Both the position numbers and the translations under genes were made by a program. The notes under the pieces are model-generated. The model was not told where the DNA came from. It saw only the letters and a program-made list of their open reading frames with translations, and ran no database searches. DNA of 63,954 nucleotides, filler included, from Lenisia limosa (lineage: Eukaryota > Protista > Breviatea), in the NCBI GenBank assembly GCA_001655205.1. It is 18 parts of 18 records of this genome, joined end to end, with 100 filler letters (N's around TTAATTAATTAA, not from the genome) between each part and the next. Parts side by side here need not be neighbours in the genome. Positions count along the whole stretch, not along the records: positions 4,909 to 13,776 come from LPNZ01005109.1; positions 13,877 to 15,239 come from LPNZ01009326.1; positions 15,340 to 18,245 come from LPNZ01000274.1; positions 18,346 to 19,618 come from LPNZ01000714.1; positions 19,719 to 20,944 come from LPNZ01003308.1; positions 21,045 to 22,652 come from LPNZ01002458.1; positions 22,753 to 36,578 come from LPNZ01009155.1; 11 more parts are not named here. One strand, 5' to 3'. Below, one piece after another: positions 13,338 through 26,088 of this stretch. How positions within the stretch are numbered: position 1 is the first letter of the stretch; each line of letters begins with the position of its first letter.

Positions 13338-13776
13338 TTAGAAGTCGACGGGGACGGGAGCGTTGCCCTTGAAGTGGGTAGCAGCCTTGAGGGCCTTCTC
13401 GGCAACTTGGTCGGCAGTCAGACCGAAGAGACGGTAGAGCTCCTGGCAAGATCAGATAGCAAATATGTATGTGATATGATATGATATATTATACAGTGAA
13501 CGGGATAAGTGACCTATTTTATCATACAGCAAATCGGTCAGGACTTATCCCGGAGCAATGAATTCTCTTCAAGACTGTTCATATTAGAAACAGTCGTATC
13601 GTATTACAAGGGAAACTTTTTTTCGATAAAACAAAGGGTCTGACCTTGGCGGGAGCAGACAAACAAAACAAAGGGTCCAACCTTGGCGGGAGCAGACTGG
13701 CCGAAGGTGTCGATGCCGCAGTGGACATGGGCGTATTTGGCCCATCCCATGGTGGAGGAAGCTTCGACGGAGACAA
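13338..13776 (-). CDS. TKL: Transketolase, last two exons
   Basis: Spliced VSVEASSTMGWAKYAHVHCGIDTFGQSAPAK|ELYRLFGLTADQVAEKALKAATHFKGNAPVPVDF* matches the transketolase C-terminal domain (G-x-D-x-FG-x-S ... FG-x-T). Confidence 0.88.
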
Positions 13777-14004
13777 NNNNNNNNNNNNNNNNNNNNNNNN
13801 NNNNNNNNNNNNNNNNNNNNTTAATTAATTAANNNNNNNNNNNNNNNNNNNNNNNNNNNNNNNNNNNNNNNNNNNNTATTTGTTTATGATGAGGATGTTT
13901 TATTTGTTTATGATGAGGATGTTTTATTTGTTTATGGGGAAATAGAAAATGAATGAAGGAGGTAAACTGATGGCTTAATGAAAGTGTAGTTGCACCGTTC
14001 TCAC

Positions 14005-15185
14005 CTTTTCGACTGACACAAAGCAGAAGCGCTCGCGAAATCCAAGAAGCTAAAAGGCAGCGCCCAAGACGAAGTTGTTGGGGACTCGTCGTCGTCCATA
14101 TCAATCATTCTTCCCGAGGGCTTTCTGCTTATTTCAGCCACACTGGAGGATTCGAGGGTTTGATGGAAGGATTTGGGGAGGGACGCGCGGCTTCGATTTG
14201 CTCCTGAGCTTGACAGGGATGACAATGACGTATTTGCATCTGAGAGGGGGGGGGGGGGNNNNNNNNNNNNNNNNNNNNNNNNNNNNNNNNNNNNNNNNNN
14301 NNNNNNNNNNNNNNNNNNNNNNNNNNNNNNNNNNNNNNNNNNNNNNNNNNNNNNNNNNNNNNNNNNNACACCCAGACTCGAGAATTAGGGAAGTCAATCA
14401 TCATAAGGCAGTAAAGTGTAGGTTATGAGGATAAGATTTTCTATTTAGACAATAACGAGAACAACATTTCCCTGGTAAATCACACCGTAATTGGAGGGAC
14501 GGCGCGGTTCAGACACCTCAGCAGGGCCCAAAGTAGGTACAGACGAGACGCCGGGGGATTGACCATAGGAGAAGTCCGAACGGCAGCTGATGGGGCTTTG
14601 GGCCTAGGGGTGAGGGGTTATACGCTATACCAGATGGATAATAACTACAATAATTATACTATATGATATACTACTCTATGGTATATAATATCAGTGAATC
14701 ATATGATACTATAATATCGTATCATATACTATATCCTATGATTATCATATAGTATATGATAACACCATACAAAACTATACATAGGATATAAAATACATGT
14801 ATATGATATGCATATATGATATATACTATACTATAAGCAAGGAGAAATAAAAATGATATGATATGTATGTATTATGTATAGTATATCAAGGGCTTCACTT
14901 CGGTTAAAAAAAAAGACTGAATTTCTCGATAAATCCTTGAAAACTATTGAAATTTTCCCGAGTTTTTTTGAACCGAAGTGAAGCCCTAATAGTATATAGG
15001 AATATTAAGCGTGGTTATTGTCAGGCATCGACATCTACTAGCCCCAGACTCACAGAAGATTCACTGAGCGTGAGCGATTGCTGTGACATGTTCGAGTTGA
15101 TGCGGAGACCACGAGACATATTTGAGTCAACCAGAAGGGTTGAATGGTAAGGAGAATTGGAGAGCCGATGGACTGCAGGGGAGCG
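14005..15185 (-). CDS. Three exons of a Ser/Pro-rich hypothetical protein
   Basis: Phase-compatible exons RSPAVHRLS...SESS|AQSPISCRSDF...PSNY|DANTSLSSLSSSG...ALCQSK with canonical splice sites. Confidence 0.65.
14889..14988. mobile_element. MITE family M, near-complete
   Basis: GGGCTTCACTTCGGTT...AACCGAAGTGAAGCCCTA; intronic. Confidence 0.9.
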
Positions 15186-15198
15186 CTAAGGGGGGGAG

Positions 15199-15239
15199 GG
15201 TAAGGAAATTTATGAAACAAAAAACCCAAAATCAACTCT
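15199..15239 (-). repeat. Intron-3'-end element, module A 3' end
   Basis: AGAGTTGATTTTGGG(T)nGTTTCATAAATTTCCTTAC-CCTCCCCCCCTTAG| exon. Confidence 0.8.
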
Positions 15240-15445
15240 NNNNNNNNNNNNNNNNNNNNNNNNNNNNNNNNNNNNNNNNNNNNTTAATTAATTAANNNNN
15301 NNNNNNNNNNNNNNNNNNNNNNNNNNNNNNNNNNNNNNNGGGGGGGGGGGGGTGGAGAACGGGCTAAATAAATAGGGAGGGAGGAATGCACTGTTTTGTT
15401 GATATCGGCAAAAGACTGGTGAAAGAAGGCTCACAATCCCCCCAC

Positions 15446-18145
15446 AGAGAAACGCCCATCCACGGACGGTATGACACGGCACCGATGCAACCACCTTTAC
15501 AGTTAATGGAATGGTTGTTAGAACATGGGTAGCAGATAATCAAAGGAAATGGACAAGATTAAAATATCTAAAAAAGGAACAGGACAATAACCACTTGGGA
15601 TCATTGCCTCGTTTTTAGAAAAAAAATTTGAAAGGGAATCTTCACCAATTGTACTGATACTATGAAAAGTCTTGGAAAGACCCACGCGCCATATCACGGA
15701 CTAGAATCATTTCTAAAGGGCCCAGGATCCACTGTTCGTTGTTTCTTTTTGGAATTGGTTCACATATTTGTGAATAATAGGAATAAATATGCTCCTTCAT
15801 TGGCACATTTATCGTGCTTTTTGTTCAAGAGCAATTGTGCCAGAGGGACTCCAGGAGCTAGAAATTTTGCTGCGTTTTTTTTCTTCTTTATTATTGAAAA
15901 TATGATCATTGATCTTGTAATACTATTTCAAGAATTCGAGGATAAAATGTACCGTTTGGATCTCCACCAGCTTACATACATGTGTATGGACACCCTTAAG
16001 TTTGGCCCAGAACAGGAAGTATGATGGGTTGTTTTCGGGGATAGAGCAAGAAGCAATTGAGAAGCTAGGTCCAATTGCCGACCTGAAGGAGGTTAACCAC
16101 CCAGGTCCTCCTCTTATAGGCCTTACCTGCTGTATACTTGGGTTTGCGCCAGCAAATCAGGAGTAGGCTCGGGCTGAGTTTCCTGATTTGAGATTTTATT
16201 TTTATTGTTTCCGAATAAGACTAAATATATGACTGGGTTATTGTCAATTGTAATCCAATATTCAATCCGCTCAGGACCCATTATCTAGCACTGACTAGGC
16301 TCATGAGATTAAGGAGCAGTATTTGCTAAGTCCTTTAGGCTTGCAAAGGACAACGTCACCCATTTCACCTCTTTTTTTTACGTAAATGAATTTTAATGAT
16401 ACTATCGATGTTCCTGGTGGTGAGGATTTTCCAGGGAAGGAATCTTTAATGTTAATGAAAAATGAATGACCTTATTTGTAAAATAGTAAGAGAAGAAACA
16501 GAGACCGTTCAACCCATCTGGCGAGACTTCTTATATTGCAGTTTGTCTCCTCCAGTGACAACACGGTCTCATCCATTGCTGGGTCAGATTTCATGATTTT
16601 CTAGGATTTCTTAAGGAAAATTATCCTGGTCACTGTATACAGATGTATACAGTGAGTTACATAAGTAATGGCAAAAAGTTGTTCCTTATAACTTGTCGCA
16701 AAATAGGTCTTATTCTCTGAAAAGTTTGTCATTTTATTGGGTAAAAAACAATCAGGTTTCTCATCTCTTTTGAAGCAGATTGCTGCTTTTCCATCATATC
16801 TGATACAGAGTTGTGGATTTAACAAGAATCACGGTATTTGCTATCAAGTAGTAGAGCATGTTCATTCGGTTGAGCCACAAAATGGATCAAATTACACCAT
16901 TTTTTTATTTAGTGAACCCAAATTCGCCCTGGGAAGTCTTATTCTAGCGCAGATTTGTGTACGTTGAATCTTAAGCAGTTTTGTGAAGCACCTTGAATGT
17001 CACTATAAATTCCTTGATTGCTCCCATGACTATTCAATCTCGGTCAAACATATAAGGAAAATCATAGAGTGAAATTCCTTCATGTTACAAAATATCACAA
17101 GAAGTCAGTAAAATTGATAAAAAAAAAGAAAAGACTATCTTTCTAAGTCACGAAAAACTAGAGAGTAGATGTATTTGCTACAATAAAACAATCCAAACAA
17201 TACCCTTTTCTGGAACAGCGCAAGAATATCAAAAAATAACAATTTCCTCCCCCTCATCTCCCTCCCATTTCCATTTTCTTACTCCCTCACCTCATGAAAG
17301 ACGGCGCTGACAAAAAAAACAGCAACACCCGCATTCTGACGACTCCATCCACGGGCCATCAGAGGCATATAGAGATGTCGGATCTGGGGGGTGAGATCAT
17401 AGTGTTTCATTATGTGAAGGGTGAAACCATGTAGGTTGTTCAAAAACGAATACTCAAACACATCTTTGAAAGGAAAAGGTCTACTCTTGCGGTAAACTTA
17501 ATCCAAATAACTGATTATGTAAAATTGGCACAGGAATGTTTTATGAAATCCTGTCGGTGGTTTTAAACTAAGCAGAAAAATAAAATATATAAAAATATAC
17601 TAATTCAATTCCATTCAGTTACATGTAGGGCTTCCCTATTGTCCCAAAACCCTCCAAATTTCTCGATAAATCCTCGATACACATCGATATTTTACTGATC
17701 TTATTCGGACTGCACGGAAGCCCTAGTTATGTGTTTTCAAACCCTTGTGAGTTTCCAAAATTTTGGCAAAAAAGGTGCTTGAGGATCCCATGATTTATCA
17801 TAGTACCCCCCCCCCTCCTACGAAATAGCGCCACATTGGCAGGTTCCAAGTCCTCCAGAAAACTGACAGGGTAGTAGCGTTCCTTCAGAGTATTACAAAT
17901 AAGACACAGGATTGGACCAGAGCTGACAATCACGTTATTAGGGATACTTATGTTATCATATATTAAGACTGGTGAATTGAAAGGTTAGCGCCAACTGTAC
18001 AATACAATCAACCCCATCTCTCCTACCAGAAATCTAGGTAGAAGGAGCGGTCAGCAAAACGGGTAATTTCAGCAGCCAAGCCAAGATAGAGGTGGAAAAA
18101 GGCGTAAAAGCCAAGAAGCCAGATGTAAATGTTGGGGACTGCCAT
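15446..18145 (-). CDS. DGAT1: Diacylglycerol O-acyltransferase 1 (MBOAT), internal exons
   Basis: Spliced MAVPNIYIWLLGFYAFFHLYLGLAAEITRFADRSFYLDFW|NATTLSVFWRTWNLPMWRYF|IRHLYMPLMARGWSRQNAGVAVFFVSAVFHE|VVASVPCHTVRGWAFL. Contains the FYxDWWN-like motif and the catalytic His (FHE) of DGAT1/SOAT. Confidence 0.9.
15700..16172 (-). pseudogene. Decayed short-intron gene fragment nested in the 1.8-kb DGAT1 intron
   Basis: Exon-like ETQPEPTPDLLAQTQVYSR|SAIGPSFSIASCSIPENNPSYFLFWAKLKGVHTH|YYKINDHIF... with ~45-60-nt GT-AG introns. The frame breaks at an A-run. Confidence 0.4.
17626..17725. mobile_element. MITE family M, diverged (DGAT1 intron)
   Basis: TAGGGCTTCC...TTTCTCGATAAATCCTCGATA...GGAAGCCCTA. 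Confidence 0.75.
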
Positions 18146-18374
18146 CTAAACGGTGAAAACCCCAGTATTCTGAATATTTTGTGAGTAAAATGCCCTTAAA
18201 AGCCTGATGGTGTGGACGGCTTCGGCCAGATAACAACCTTGTTTTNNNNNNNNNNNNNNNNNNNNNNNNNNNNNNNNNNNNNNNNNNNNTTAATTAATTA
18301 ANNNNNNNNNNNNNNNNNNNNNNNNNNNNNNNNNNNNNNNNNNNNGGGAGGGGGATGCATTGGATACAATACGC

Positions 18375-19488
18375 CCCTCCCCACGCTTCCATTTTAGCCA
18401 TAGTCTCCAGTTCTATGGTTCGTGCTAAGGCGGCCGCAATGTCAGGGGCATTCTCAAGGTACTGTCCTGGGGAAATTTATGAAACAAGTAAAACGAAGGA
18501 AATTTCGATGAACATTGGAGTCAAGGTACTAATCACGAAAGGAATAATCAGAAACTCCAAACAAACAAAAAACAAAAGCAATGACAAACTAGGAGGGAGG
18601 GGGAAAGATTGTAAAAGTTGTGGAGAGTAAAATTGGACAATTTATGAAACAAAAAAGCCCAAAATCAACTCTGTTGGATGACAACTCACGACGGTTGAGA
18701 CCAACAAAACAAACAAAGCCCAGCCCAGGCCAGTCGCTTCTTCAGCACCGCATCCCGATTTTTACTATTTCAACCTGAGCTGTATCAACTGGTTGTGGTT
18801 CATATGGGGAACGCCAACACTTTTCCTGACAAGTCCTTTATACTTTTTACAATAATAGGTAAAATAACATTAATATAAATCAGCAATTCAAGCTTTAAAC
18901 AAATCATCCCTACCCTACTAACCAGTTTCCACTCCAACAGTCTTTTCACAGGGAAGTGCAACTTTGCCCTTTTGCGGAGCCTAAGAAATGAGCCTGTTTT
19001 TTAATAACTAGGTAGACCTTCACTTTCGGTTCCAAAAGACTGACAAAATATAGATACTTATCGAGTAATTCAGTTTTTTGGGAACCAAAATGAAGCCCTA
19101 TTACTAGGGCGTTACAATGGCCAGAAAAGACCGGAAAATATAGTGTGAATAATTGGGGCTTCCCTTCAGTCCCAACAAAGACAGAATTTTTCGATAAATC
19201 CTCGATAAATATCGATATTTTCACGGACTTTTACGGACCGTAAGCAAGCCCTTTGTAAAATAACACAAGAATAAATGTCCTTTTCGAGGGCAAGAAATTT
19301 TTTTTTCAAAAAATAGAGAACAATAGTTTATCGAGCATTCTCTTAACGGAGTGAAGCCTAACTAACAATGACACGACCAAACAATGTCTATTTTCTAGGT
19401 ATAACATTGACACCAATACTAACCACTGTTTCTTTTCTTGGTCTAGCCGCACGGCCGCCTCTGCCTCCTCTTCCGTCTCGTCCACCAC
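18375..19488 (-). CDS. Three exons of a hypothetical protein with an RGG-rich segment
   Basis: Phase-compatible GGRDGRGGRGGRAARPRKETV|APQKGKVALPCEKTVGVET|GQYLENAPDIAAALARTIELETMAKME. Confidence 0.65.
18468..18757 (-). repeat. Intron-3'-end element, modules A+B
   Basis: Full A, then B, then TGTTTCATAAATTTCCCCAG| phase-confirmed exon. Confidence 0.9.
19013..19360. mobile_element. Cluster of three family-M MITE copies in one intron
   Basis: Copies at ~19013-19100, ~19154-19252 and a partial at ~19300-19360. Confidence 0.75.
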
Positions 19489-19819
19489 CTAAATGAATTA
19501 AACTGGACAATTTATGAAACCTAGCCAACCCTCACAAAAGAAAGAAAAACAAAATAAAAAAAAAGCCAATAATACCCCTCCCCTCTTTTGCTTAAATGAG
19601 ACTCCCCTTCAAAGAACCNNNNNNNNNNNNNNNNNNNNNNNNNNNNNNNNNNNNNNNNNNNNTTAATTAATTAANNNNNNNNNNNNNNNNNNNNNNNNNN
19701 NNNNNNNNNNNNNNNNNNATTGCCCAGTGTATTCTAAGTACTGTGCGAGGGGTTTTCCTGAAATACTTTAAGAAACAATGTTAAAAATGCTTTCCTTATT
19801 TTTGGACACCAAATGGGAC

Positions 19820-20000
19820 AATACTTGACAATACTTAATTTGGACAATACTTGACAATACTTAATTTGGACAATACTTGCCAAATTAGGAAAGTACTTAA
19901 CTAATTAGGACAATACCTTCCTTATGAGGACAATACTTGCAATTTGGACAATACATAACAAATTAGATAATACTTACCAAATTGTTACAAGACTTACCCC
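19820..20000. repeat. Degenerate (GGACAATACTT/GACAATACTTAATTT)n minisatellite
   Basis: About ten ACAATACTT-like cores. Confidence 0.8.
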
Positions 20001-20023
20001 ATTAGGACAAGGACGTGGCACAG

Positions 20024-20734
20024 GTTGCTGTGGAGGCGATGGCCATGCTCTCGACCGTGGCTACGGAGCCAACCTCGGCGTATGTCAACATTCTTGGCCC
20101 GGTACTCAAGATCCTTATCGAACATGTGGGGGGTGGGGTATGGTCCTTTAAAACGATCCTGTATCTAGATCAGTACAAGCGCTCTTTGTTGTATCTAACC
20201 CCCTCAGATTTTCCCGGTAATTTCGAACCCGAACCTTCCACCCAACTCAAATGCTCGTCAAGAGTTCTACAACCTGTTAGCTTCCACCAAATAGGCTACA
20301 GGTCATGATCGAATATATCACAGTATACCTCTTATGAAACACGGTTTAAATTTTCAGCTCTTGATTTTACTGCTGTAGGCTCTACCACATCCTCCTCAAT
20401 AACTACAAAGTACTCACAAGGTGAGCGAGGATTGATTCAGACTTTGGCAAATACCCCCCCCCCCCCCCNNNNNNNNNNNNNNNNNNNNNNNNNNNNNNNN
20501 NNNNNNNNNNNNNNNNNNNNNNNNNNNNNNNNNNNNNNNNNNNNNNNNNNNNNNNNNNNNNNNNNNNNNNNNNNNNAACTTATTTGGCCTGCTTGTCCCC
20601 TCCAGGTATGCTGTTTTTGAAAGCTAGGACATGACATACATACAGTACATATTAAATGATTATTCCCTGTTCGAATTTCCATCACCCTGGTAGTGTCACA
20701 AGACTTTGCGGTGCTCTCGGAGAACCTTGGAAAT
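20024..20734 (+). CDS. Helical (HEAT/importin-beta-like) protein exons
   Basis: VAVEAMAMLSTVATEPTSAYVNILGPVLKILIEH|IFPVISNPNLPPNSNARQEFYNL|LYHILLNNYKVLT. The HEAT assignment rests on amphipathic pattern only. Confidence 0.55.
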
Positions 20735-20869
20735 GTAAGAGGGGTCCATGATATTGATGAGGGTACTGGATGAAGGAAACCGATACCGTATTTAAAATTT
20801 GTATTATTCGACCTTTACTCCAGTATTCTTCATCAAAATTAATTACCTTCGTTTATCCCCCCCTCCCCC

Positions 20870-20944
20870 CGTGATGTGATGCTGGGCTGCAGAAGCGACT
20901 GGTCTGGGCTTTGTTTATTGTGTTGTTATCAACCCTTATGTGTT
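20870..20944 (+). repeat. Element module A 5' part, sense to the plus-strand host
   Basis: GTGATGTGATGCTGGGCTGCAGAAGCGACTGGTCTGGGCTTTGTT...TATCAACCC; cut by spacer. Confidence 0.75.
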
Positions 20945-21057
20945 NNNNNNNNNNNNNNNNNNNNNNNNNNNNNNNNNNNNNNNNNNNNTTAATTAATTAA
21001 NNNNNNNNNNNNNNNNNNNNNNNNNNNNNNNNNNNNNNNNNNNNAGCGTCGTCCCAG

Positions 21058-21399
21058 GTTTACCTCGAGCTTTACCGTCAGACCGAAACAGGAAGTCTCC
21101 AGGTAAAAGGGGGGATGGTAACGGCCACATGATGTGCAATGTAACGACCTAGGTTGTACACCGAACTGAGGCAGTGAAGGCCGGCAACGGCGTGTGGAAG
21201 CCCTTCAGTGTCCCGTACTACTATCTCACAAATGCTAGTCCGGGTTTGCTGGGAGCTTATTGATTTCTATTCTTGATAAGAGATTGTGTACATTGTAAAA
21301 CGTTTGACACATCGTTCTAATTTTGTAGATTGGCCACTAGTGCTTGAAGTTATCCATTATTCTTCATCCCAGGACCACGAAGTAGTTTCAAGATGTAGA
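21058..21399 (+). CDS. Copine-type C2 domain exons
   Basis: VYLELYRQTETGSLQ|VVHRTEAVKAGNGVWKPFSVPYYYLTNASP|DWPLVLEVIHYSSSQDHEVV resembles copine C2B (V-H-R-T-E-V-x-K...P-V-W-K-P-F). Confidence 0.75.
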
Positions 21400-22762
21400 G
21401 TGGGGGGGGGGGGACACNNNNNNNNNNNNNNNNNNNNNNNNNNNNNNNNNNNNNNNNNNNNNNNNNNNNNNNNNNNNNNNNNNNNNNNNNNNNNNNNNNN
21501 NNTTCTTTCTGATTTTCCAAATATAGTCACAAAATTTACGTGCATTACAATTACTTTCTAATATAATGTCTACAACAGCAAGGATATCCACATATTACCA
21601 TTGACATGACAGACGAACTTCTCGAAGCTTGTCAGCGCAGAAGATGACATTCCCCTGTTCAAGGTCTCAAAATCGGGTGAGGAACAAAGGGTTGCAGGCA
21701 ACGGGCTGCAGATTCGGGCAAAAGGTTCATCTGGAATATTTTCTCAGATCTTCTTGGATCTTGAAAAAGATCTTTGAAATATTCTTGAGAACACTTTGAC
21801 CAGATCTGCAGTCCTCTGGCATCAGGCGGTATCCCCTAGTTTTATTGGGCATCAGGCGGTATCCCCTAGTTTTATTGGGCTAGTTTTTTCTTTGTCTCAC
21901 AAAGTACCTTTGTATTTAGCTCCACCACTGTAACGTTCCCTGATTTCTCAGGTGGAAAGGCAGAGAAAATCGGTTCTCTCGCAGCCAACGTCGTGTTGGA
22001 CAGACGGTTCAGGTGGGCAGTACACTCCCGTACAGTCTCATTCACCCCTCTCCCCCTCCAATTAAGTTGTCACTTTTCACCCCCTCCCCCCCTAGCTTCC
22101 TTGACTATCTTAATGGAGGCCTGAAACTCAGTTTAACCGTGGCAGTTGATATGTCTCTTCACAGGTTGGTAAGGGGGTTAATCGCGGTTGATCCATTATT
22201 AACCTTTTTCTTGCTTTTCTACAAGCTTTTGACCAAATTTTTCAAATTTCCTTCACATACATATGATACCGATATTCTTCCCGTCTGTTTTAGACTGTAT
22301 GAAAGCCTTGATTATTAGCCCAATTAACTGTCCTAGTGGTGACCGACAAGACCGCTCCAGCATGCATTTTGTCCATGGGTTTGGGGGGATGAGGTTGCTC
22401 TGGTCATCATTTGCAAGTCATCAAATCCCCCCCTTTCTTTGCTTAAGCCCTCATGTTTGTTGCAATCCAACAGAATTGTTTGCAACTCTCTTGTGTTTCT
22501 CAACTGTTAGTCAACAAAGTCGATTTTGGATTGTTTCAAAAATGTTCCATTTTTACCCTATCTCTCTCATTGGTTCGTAACTCTTTGATACTTTGTGTTT
22601 TTTTGGGGTTCTGTATTCTGTTTCCCTCTTTTATCCACAATTCAATTGTCAGNNNNNNNNNNNNNNNNNNNNNNNNNNNNNNNNNNNNNNNNNNNNTTAA
22701 TTAATTAANNNNNNNNNNNNNNNNNNNNNNNNNNNNNNNNNNNNNNNNNNNNTCATCCCTAG

Positions 22763-23606
22763 CTTTAGCGTCTATCGTGGAAAGACCCGTATATTCAAGT
22801 CACAGCCTTTGGTAAGGGAAGTGGCGTCTTTGAGTTTTTGAAAATAGCATCGTGTATTGTTTTGACCAAAAGACTTCTGCTGTAAAGCCAGGCAAGTCAG
22901 TGACTCTTGAAATGCCCCCGCTTCCTGTCTGTGAGGATATCAAGGTTGTTGTATTCACGAACAAGAAAGTAAGCTGAAGGTATTTATTAAATAGTCTTCT
23001 GTTTTTTTTTTTGTTTTTTTTCAATTTCACCGTTTTAGGAGAAAGTTTTTCACCTCTGGTTCCATACCTCTTTTGTTGAAAACCTTGAGCTGGTCATCCC
23101 GAAGTTAGAGCTTGACGGGAAGCCAAGGTCAGTGTCTTGTTTCATTGATTTCAAGGCACCAGTAGAGTTACTGATACGTGTAGCAAAGACAAAAACAACA
23201 AGATGTTCCCCAAAAATATGACCGTGACCCTCTCTTTTGAAGATAGGTAAGGAAATGTGTTGTGTTCCATGAGACAACATGTTCTTATCTTGATGTCACC
23301 CCTTTGTTTTGTTTTTTGTTGTTGTTTCGATTTCAATGTTTGATGTATGTTTTTTGTACAATTACTACTTTTTTGCTCAGCATCAGTATCTCCCCCGTTG
23401 ATGATTGGACCTTATTTCCTTGCAGTGAAATGCTGTCGCCCTTGGATATCAAAGACAACAATGAGGGAGAGGTTCGCAAATATATTTTCTTACTTGTCCA
23501 CCTACCATATTTATTGCTCATATTTTCGATCACGAGCATTCTTTTATCACTCTTTAAGGAGAACTTGGATTCTTCAGGTGATGATACTGATGCTGAAGAT
23601 CTTGAG
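22763..23606 (+). CDS. PTEN/tensin-type C2 domain plus acidic tail (3' part)
   Basis: FSVYRGKTRIFKSQPL|TSAVKPGKSVTLEMPPLPVCEDIKVVVFTNKK|EKVFHLWFHTSFVENLELVIPKLELDGKP|SKDKNNKMFPKNMTVTLSFED matches PTEN C2 motifs (LPVCGDIKV, F-H-F-W-x-N-T, L-x-K-x-x-L-D, KDK...F). Confidence 0.82.
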
Positions 23607-24282
23607 GTTAGGGGGTTGATACTGATGTCTTCAAAAGCATCTCTTATATAGCTAGTATATATGACTTGTATTTATGTCCTATATTACCCCTGCCTGCTTT
23701 GTTGGTAGCGGCTTTCTTTCACTGTGGTAAAAAAATGGAGATTGCATTATTATTATACTACCTGCTTTGATTAGTGCTCCAGAAGCGAATGTTTGTTTTC
23801 TGTCATCTTCTGTCATTTATTTTACCCCACCCCTGTTTTTTGATGGAAGGATTTGTTTTCTCTTTGACACTCTAGTTCGAAGATGGTGCAATGTTCGTGG
23901 AGGCTGGGGGATCAGGAAGCAGACGAGGGTCGCTCGCTGCCAAAAATTAGGGGATATTGGGACTCACGTATCCGTTTTTTCTAGTCTTATATTTTGTTCT
24001 TTTTATGTATTTTTCTGAGCTAATGTTTGAAACTTGATTAAAACACATAATAGAGATGAGAAATAAAACAAGGTTCTGTATCTGGCCCTAGCCGTCCAGA
24101 ACATCACGCTTCCCAATCACTGTGCCTCCCCAGCAAACGTTGTATAAAACTTAAGACACATGGTACTCTTGCTGTATAAAAATCCTAAAATGCCACATTG
24201 GATAAAGCGAGAAATTCATGATGGATGAGCATCAAGAAAACTGAAAAAAAAATGAAACAAAACATTGCAGCCACACAGCTGC

Positions 24283-26088
24283 TTAGGAAACAAATAAATA
24301 GGTGCTTGACAAAAGATCTGACGCATCTGATCAGGCAGACGAATTTGATGATAGTGACATTGCAGGGGGACACACCGAGGATGGGAGCGGTTGGGGACCA
24401 GTTGGTGATGCGAGTGGCTTGTCATTAACTAATGACGAGAGCTTGAGCTGAATTGGTAAATGATAACTAAGCAACGAAGTCATTGATGGACTAATAGACT
24501 TGACGTATCACACACATCCTTTCCCAACAAACCAAAGACTGGACGGCACTGCTCTTTGACGATTTGGCTTTTGTTTGGAGCGATTTTAAAGTACGTTGAG
24601 CCTTAGTCATTCGAAGAACGGCAGCCGACAGGTTCTGACGATACTCAGCAGCGTCACTATATGAGTGAGAAATGCCTCTATTCTGGCTACCCTCCAATGA
24701 TCTTCATCGCAACCTCGCATCGCACCTGTCTATCGCTTTCGAAAGCCGTAGTGCTGCAGCTCGTGCATCGTGCTTGATAAGTTAGAAGAGGACTGAGGTG
24801 AATTGGAGAGGTGCAATGACAGCACAGAAATAATATTAATAACAAAAAACACACCGTTCTCTTCTCCTGAAATTTGATACGATGACGAAGTTTTGATAAC
24901 TCAGGTTCAAACTTATTACGACTGGAGGTCTCACGGCTGATGCGGGACTGCTTCTCAAGGATTATCTGAATAGTCAATCTCAGAGAGAAAAAGGAAACTA
25001 AGCGGAGAAATTTCCTCCAGTATGATTTGCAGATAAAGAGGAGAGAGGTTATTTTGAGAGGGGGAATGGTGAATGAAGCAGCAATGGAGGGTGACAATGA
25101 GCAAAAAGTGGTCGGGTTCCTACTAAAAGAAAATTTTAAGAAGGTGAAACTTGTTGAACATATTTAAGGTAAGTATAATGTCGCTTAATCATATTAAACC
25201 GACACCTCAAAGTATCACATTCCAAGATCTTCAAGTGATCCCTTCTGGGAGCAAAATATGAAACACTCTAACCTGCTTTGTGAGTTGCTCAACACGTCGC
25301 TTGTTCTCATTAAGGTCGTTTACAAGGTTCTGAAGCACGGAACTAGGACTCTTCGAAGATGGAGAAGGAGCTGAAACAGTGACGTAACAAAATATAGATA
25401 AATTAGATTTATGTCAAAACTAATGTTCCCAAAAAGTGTCTCACAACTTGCAGACATTTCATAGTGGAGCATTTTAAGAAAAGAAACTTTAAGGTAACCC
25501 ATTGACCGTTTTTTTACAGAAAAAATCAAGAATTAACGTGAATATAAGCAGAATAAAACCAATCAGTAAAAAAAATAAAAATTTGCCCACAAACTTGGCT
25601 CGGAAAAATACTCCGAACCGCTAACCTTTCAAAGCAGCAGATGTCAATAACGGAGGCTCAAACGCCGCTTCTGCGTTACTGCTATTAACAGCAGCGAGAG
25701 GTGAGGGGAAGTATTGGGGCGACGCCATGTACGGTGACATTCCACGGCCTTGGGTTTGGAGGTAGGGAAATGATGAGGCCTGCGATGATGTGGTTGGTGA
25801 TGGCGTAGGACTTGGAGTAAACAATGTGTGGTTTTGTGGAAGCAGATGTGGAGGCGGAGAGGGAGAACTCGAAGACATTCGAAGCATGTTGTCATCAAAA
25901 AGATATTGTGGGAAATCTTGCAGATGCTGGCTCATCGAGGCGGTTGGAGATAGTGAAGGAGGCTGCATTATTCCTGTATGAACGTTTGGATTGTACTTAA
26001 GGGGATTCGAAGAGGTGGTCATAGCATCGGGATGATGTGCAGGGAACTGAGGGTAGGGAAACATTGGAATTGAGGGAGCTGCTATCAT
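24283..26088 (-). CDS. Pro/Ser/Gln-rich then coiled-coil hypothetical protein (one in-frame TGA near 24705)
   Basis: Long exon MIAAPSIPMFPYPQF...AALK followed by short-intron exons (SVLQNLVNDLNENKRRVEQLTKQ; IILEKQSRISRE...; ...DASDLLSSTYLFVS*). Confidence 0.5.

Noticed and set aside
18772-18822. Candidate 51-nt exon that would make the intron consist almost wholly of the A+B element
   Set aside because: No phase joins it to both neighbours, whereas skipping it joins ...VET|GQYL in frame. The element fills only the 3' two-thirds of this intron, so a whole-intron introner is not shown.
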